Source: Oscillospiraceae bacterium
Lineage (GTDB): Bacteria > Bacillota > Clostridia > Oscillospirales > CAG-272
Direction of reading: 5' to 3'
NCBI GenBank assembly: GCA_015063685.1
Contig: SVTR01000014.1
Coordinates: forward strand, 2,717-66,716
Length of the DNA: 64,000 nt
The notes under the pieces are model-generated. The model was not told the DNA's origin. It saw only the letters and a list, made by a program, of their open reading frames with translations, and did not search any database. Shown here in pieces: positions 63,879 to 64,000 of this stretch. The position numbers were made by a program, and so were the translations under genes. The stretch's first letter is position 1. Each line of letters opens with the position of its first letter.

Positions 63879-64000
63879 TAAATTGTTGTTTAGCGGCCAC
63901 CTGCGGTGGGGCTTTGGCTCGGGGGAGTATATCATATGCCTACCGCATCACGCGATGAGTGGTTAGGTAGATAAATTGTTGTTTGCGTGGGCTTACTATG
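63879..64000. repeat. Mosaic repeat array 4 (II' module plus the start of module I; runs off the window)
   Basis: AAATTGTTGTTT at 63880 and 63973. The interval matches the inverted module II of array 2, and the sequence after 63973 matches the start of module I in array 3. Confidence 0.8.

Overview
64-kb chromosomal window from a moderately GC-rich, endospore-forming Clostridia-type Firmicute (spoIIGA-sigE, dpaAB, pdaA-like and a SpoVB/YabM-like flippase are present; I cannot assign a species). I support about 60 protein genes, mostly on the minus strand and mostly housekeeping: ftsH, plsY, a two-component system, a heterodimeric ABC exporter with MarR, PBP1A, murE, ldhA, comEC, hprK, folD, lgt, an M16 peptidase pair, mazG, rel, dtd, recJ, cdaA, thrS, mgsA and glyA. 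I saw no rRNA, tRNA, CRISPR array or recognisable defence operon. The unusual content is the non-coding and mobile layer. (1) A complete T-box riboswitch, probably with a Thr specifier, is separated from thrS by a 1.27-kb low-GC insertion that carries a REP-associated tyrosine transposase (RAYT) and a membrane protein. (2) That RAYT gene carries an in-frame REP doublet inside its own coding sequence, bracketing the HUH motif, and an identical doublet lies just upstream. (3) A dispersed ~160-bp element (four loci) combines 14-bp terminal inverted repeats and TA flanks with an internal REP doublet. It forms nested or tandem mosaics, and three of its ends sit inside TAA stop codons. (4) A second, unrelated 161-bp MITE family (TIR GGGCATCTCTAAA, 4-bp target duplications, copies ~97-99% identical) has deletion derivatives. 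Four of its ends lie exactly 6 nt from a stop codon, and two copies are stacked in the recJ-rel intercistronic gap. Other points: a consensus-promoter, 11-codon, terminator mini-cistron upstream of the marR-ABC operon; an ECF sigma / anti-sigma / serpin lipoprotein operon; low-GC islands on both sides of thrS; and a compositional step near 10.5 kb. All calls come from reading the sequence and ORF track by eye. No searches were run.
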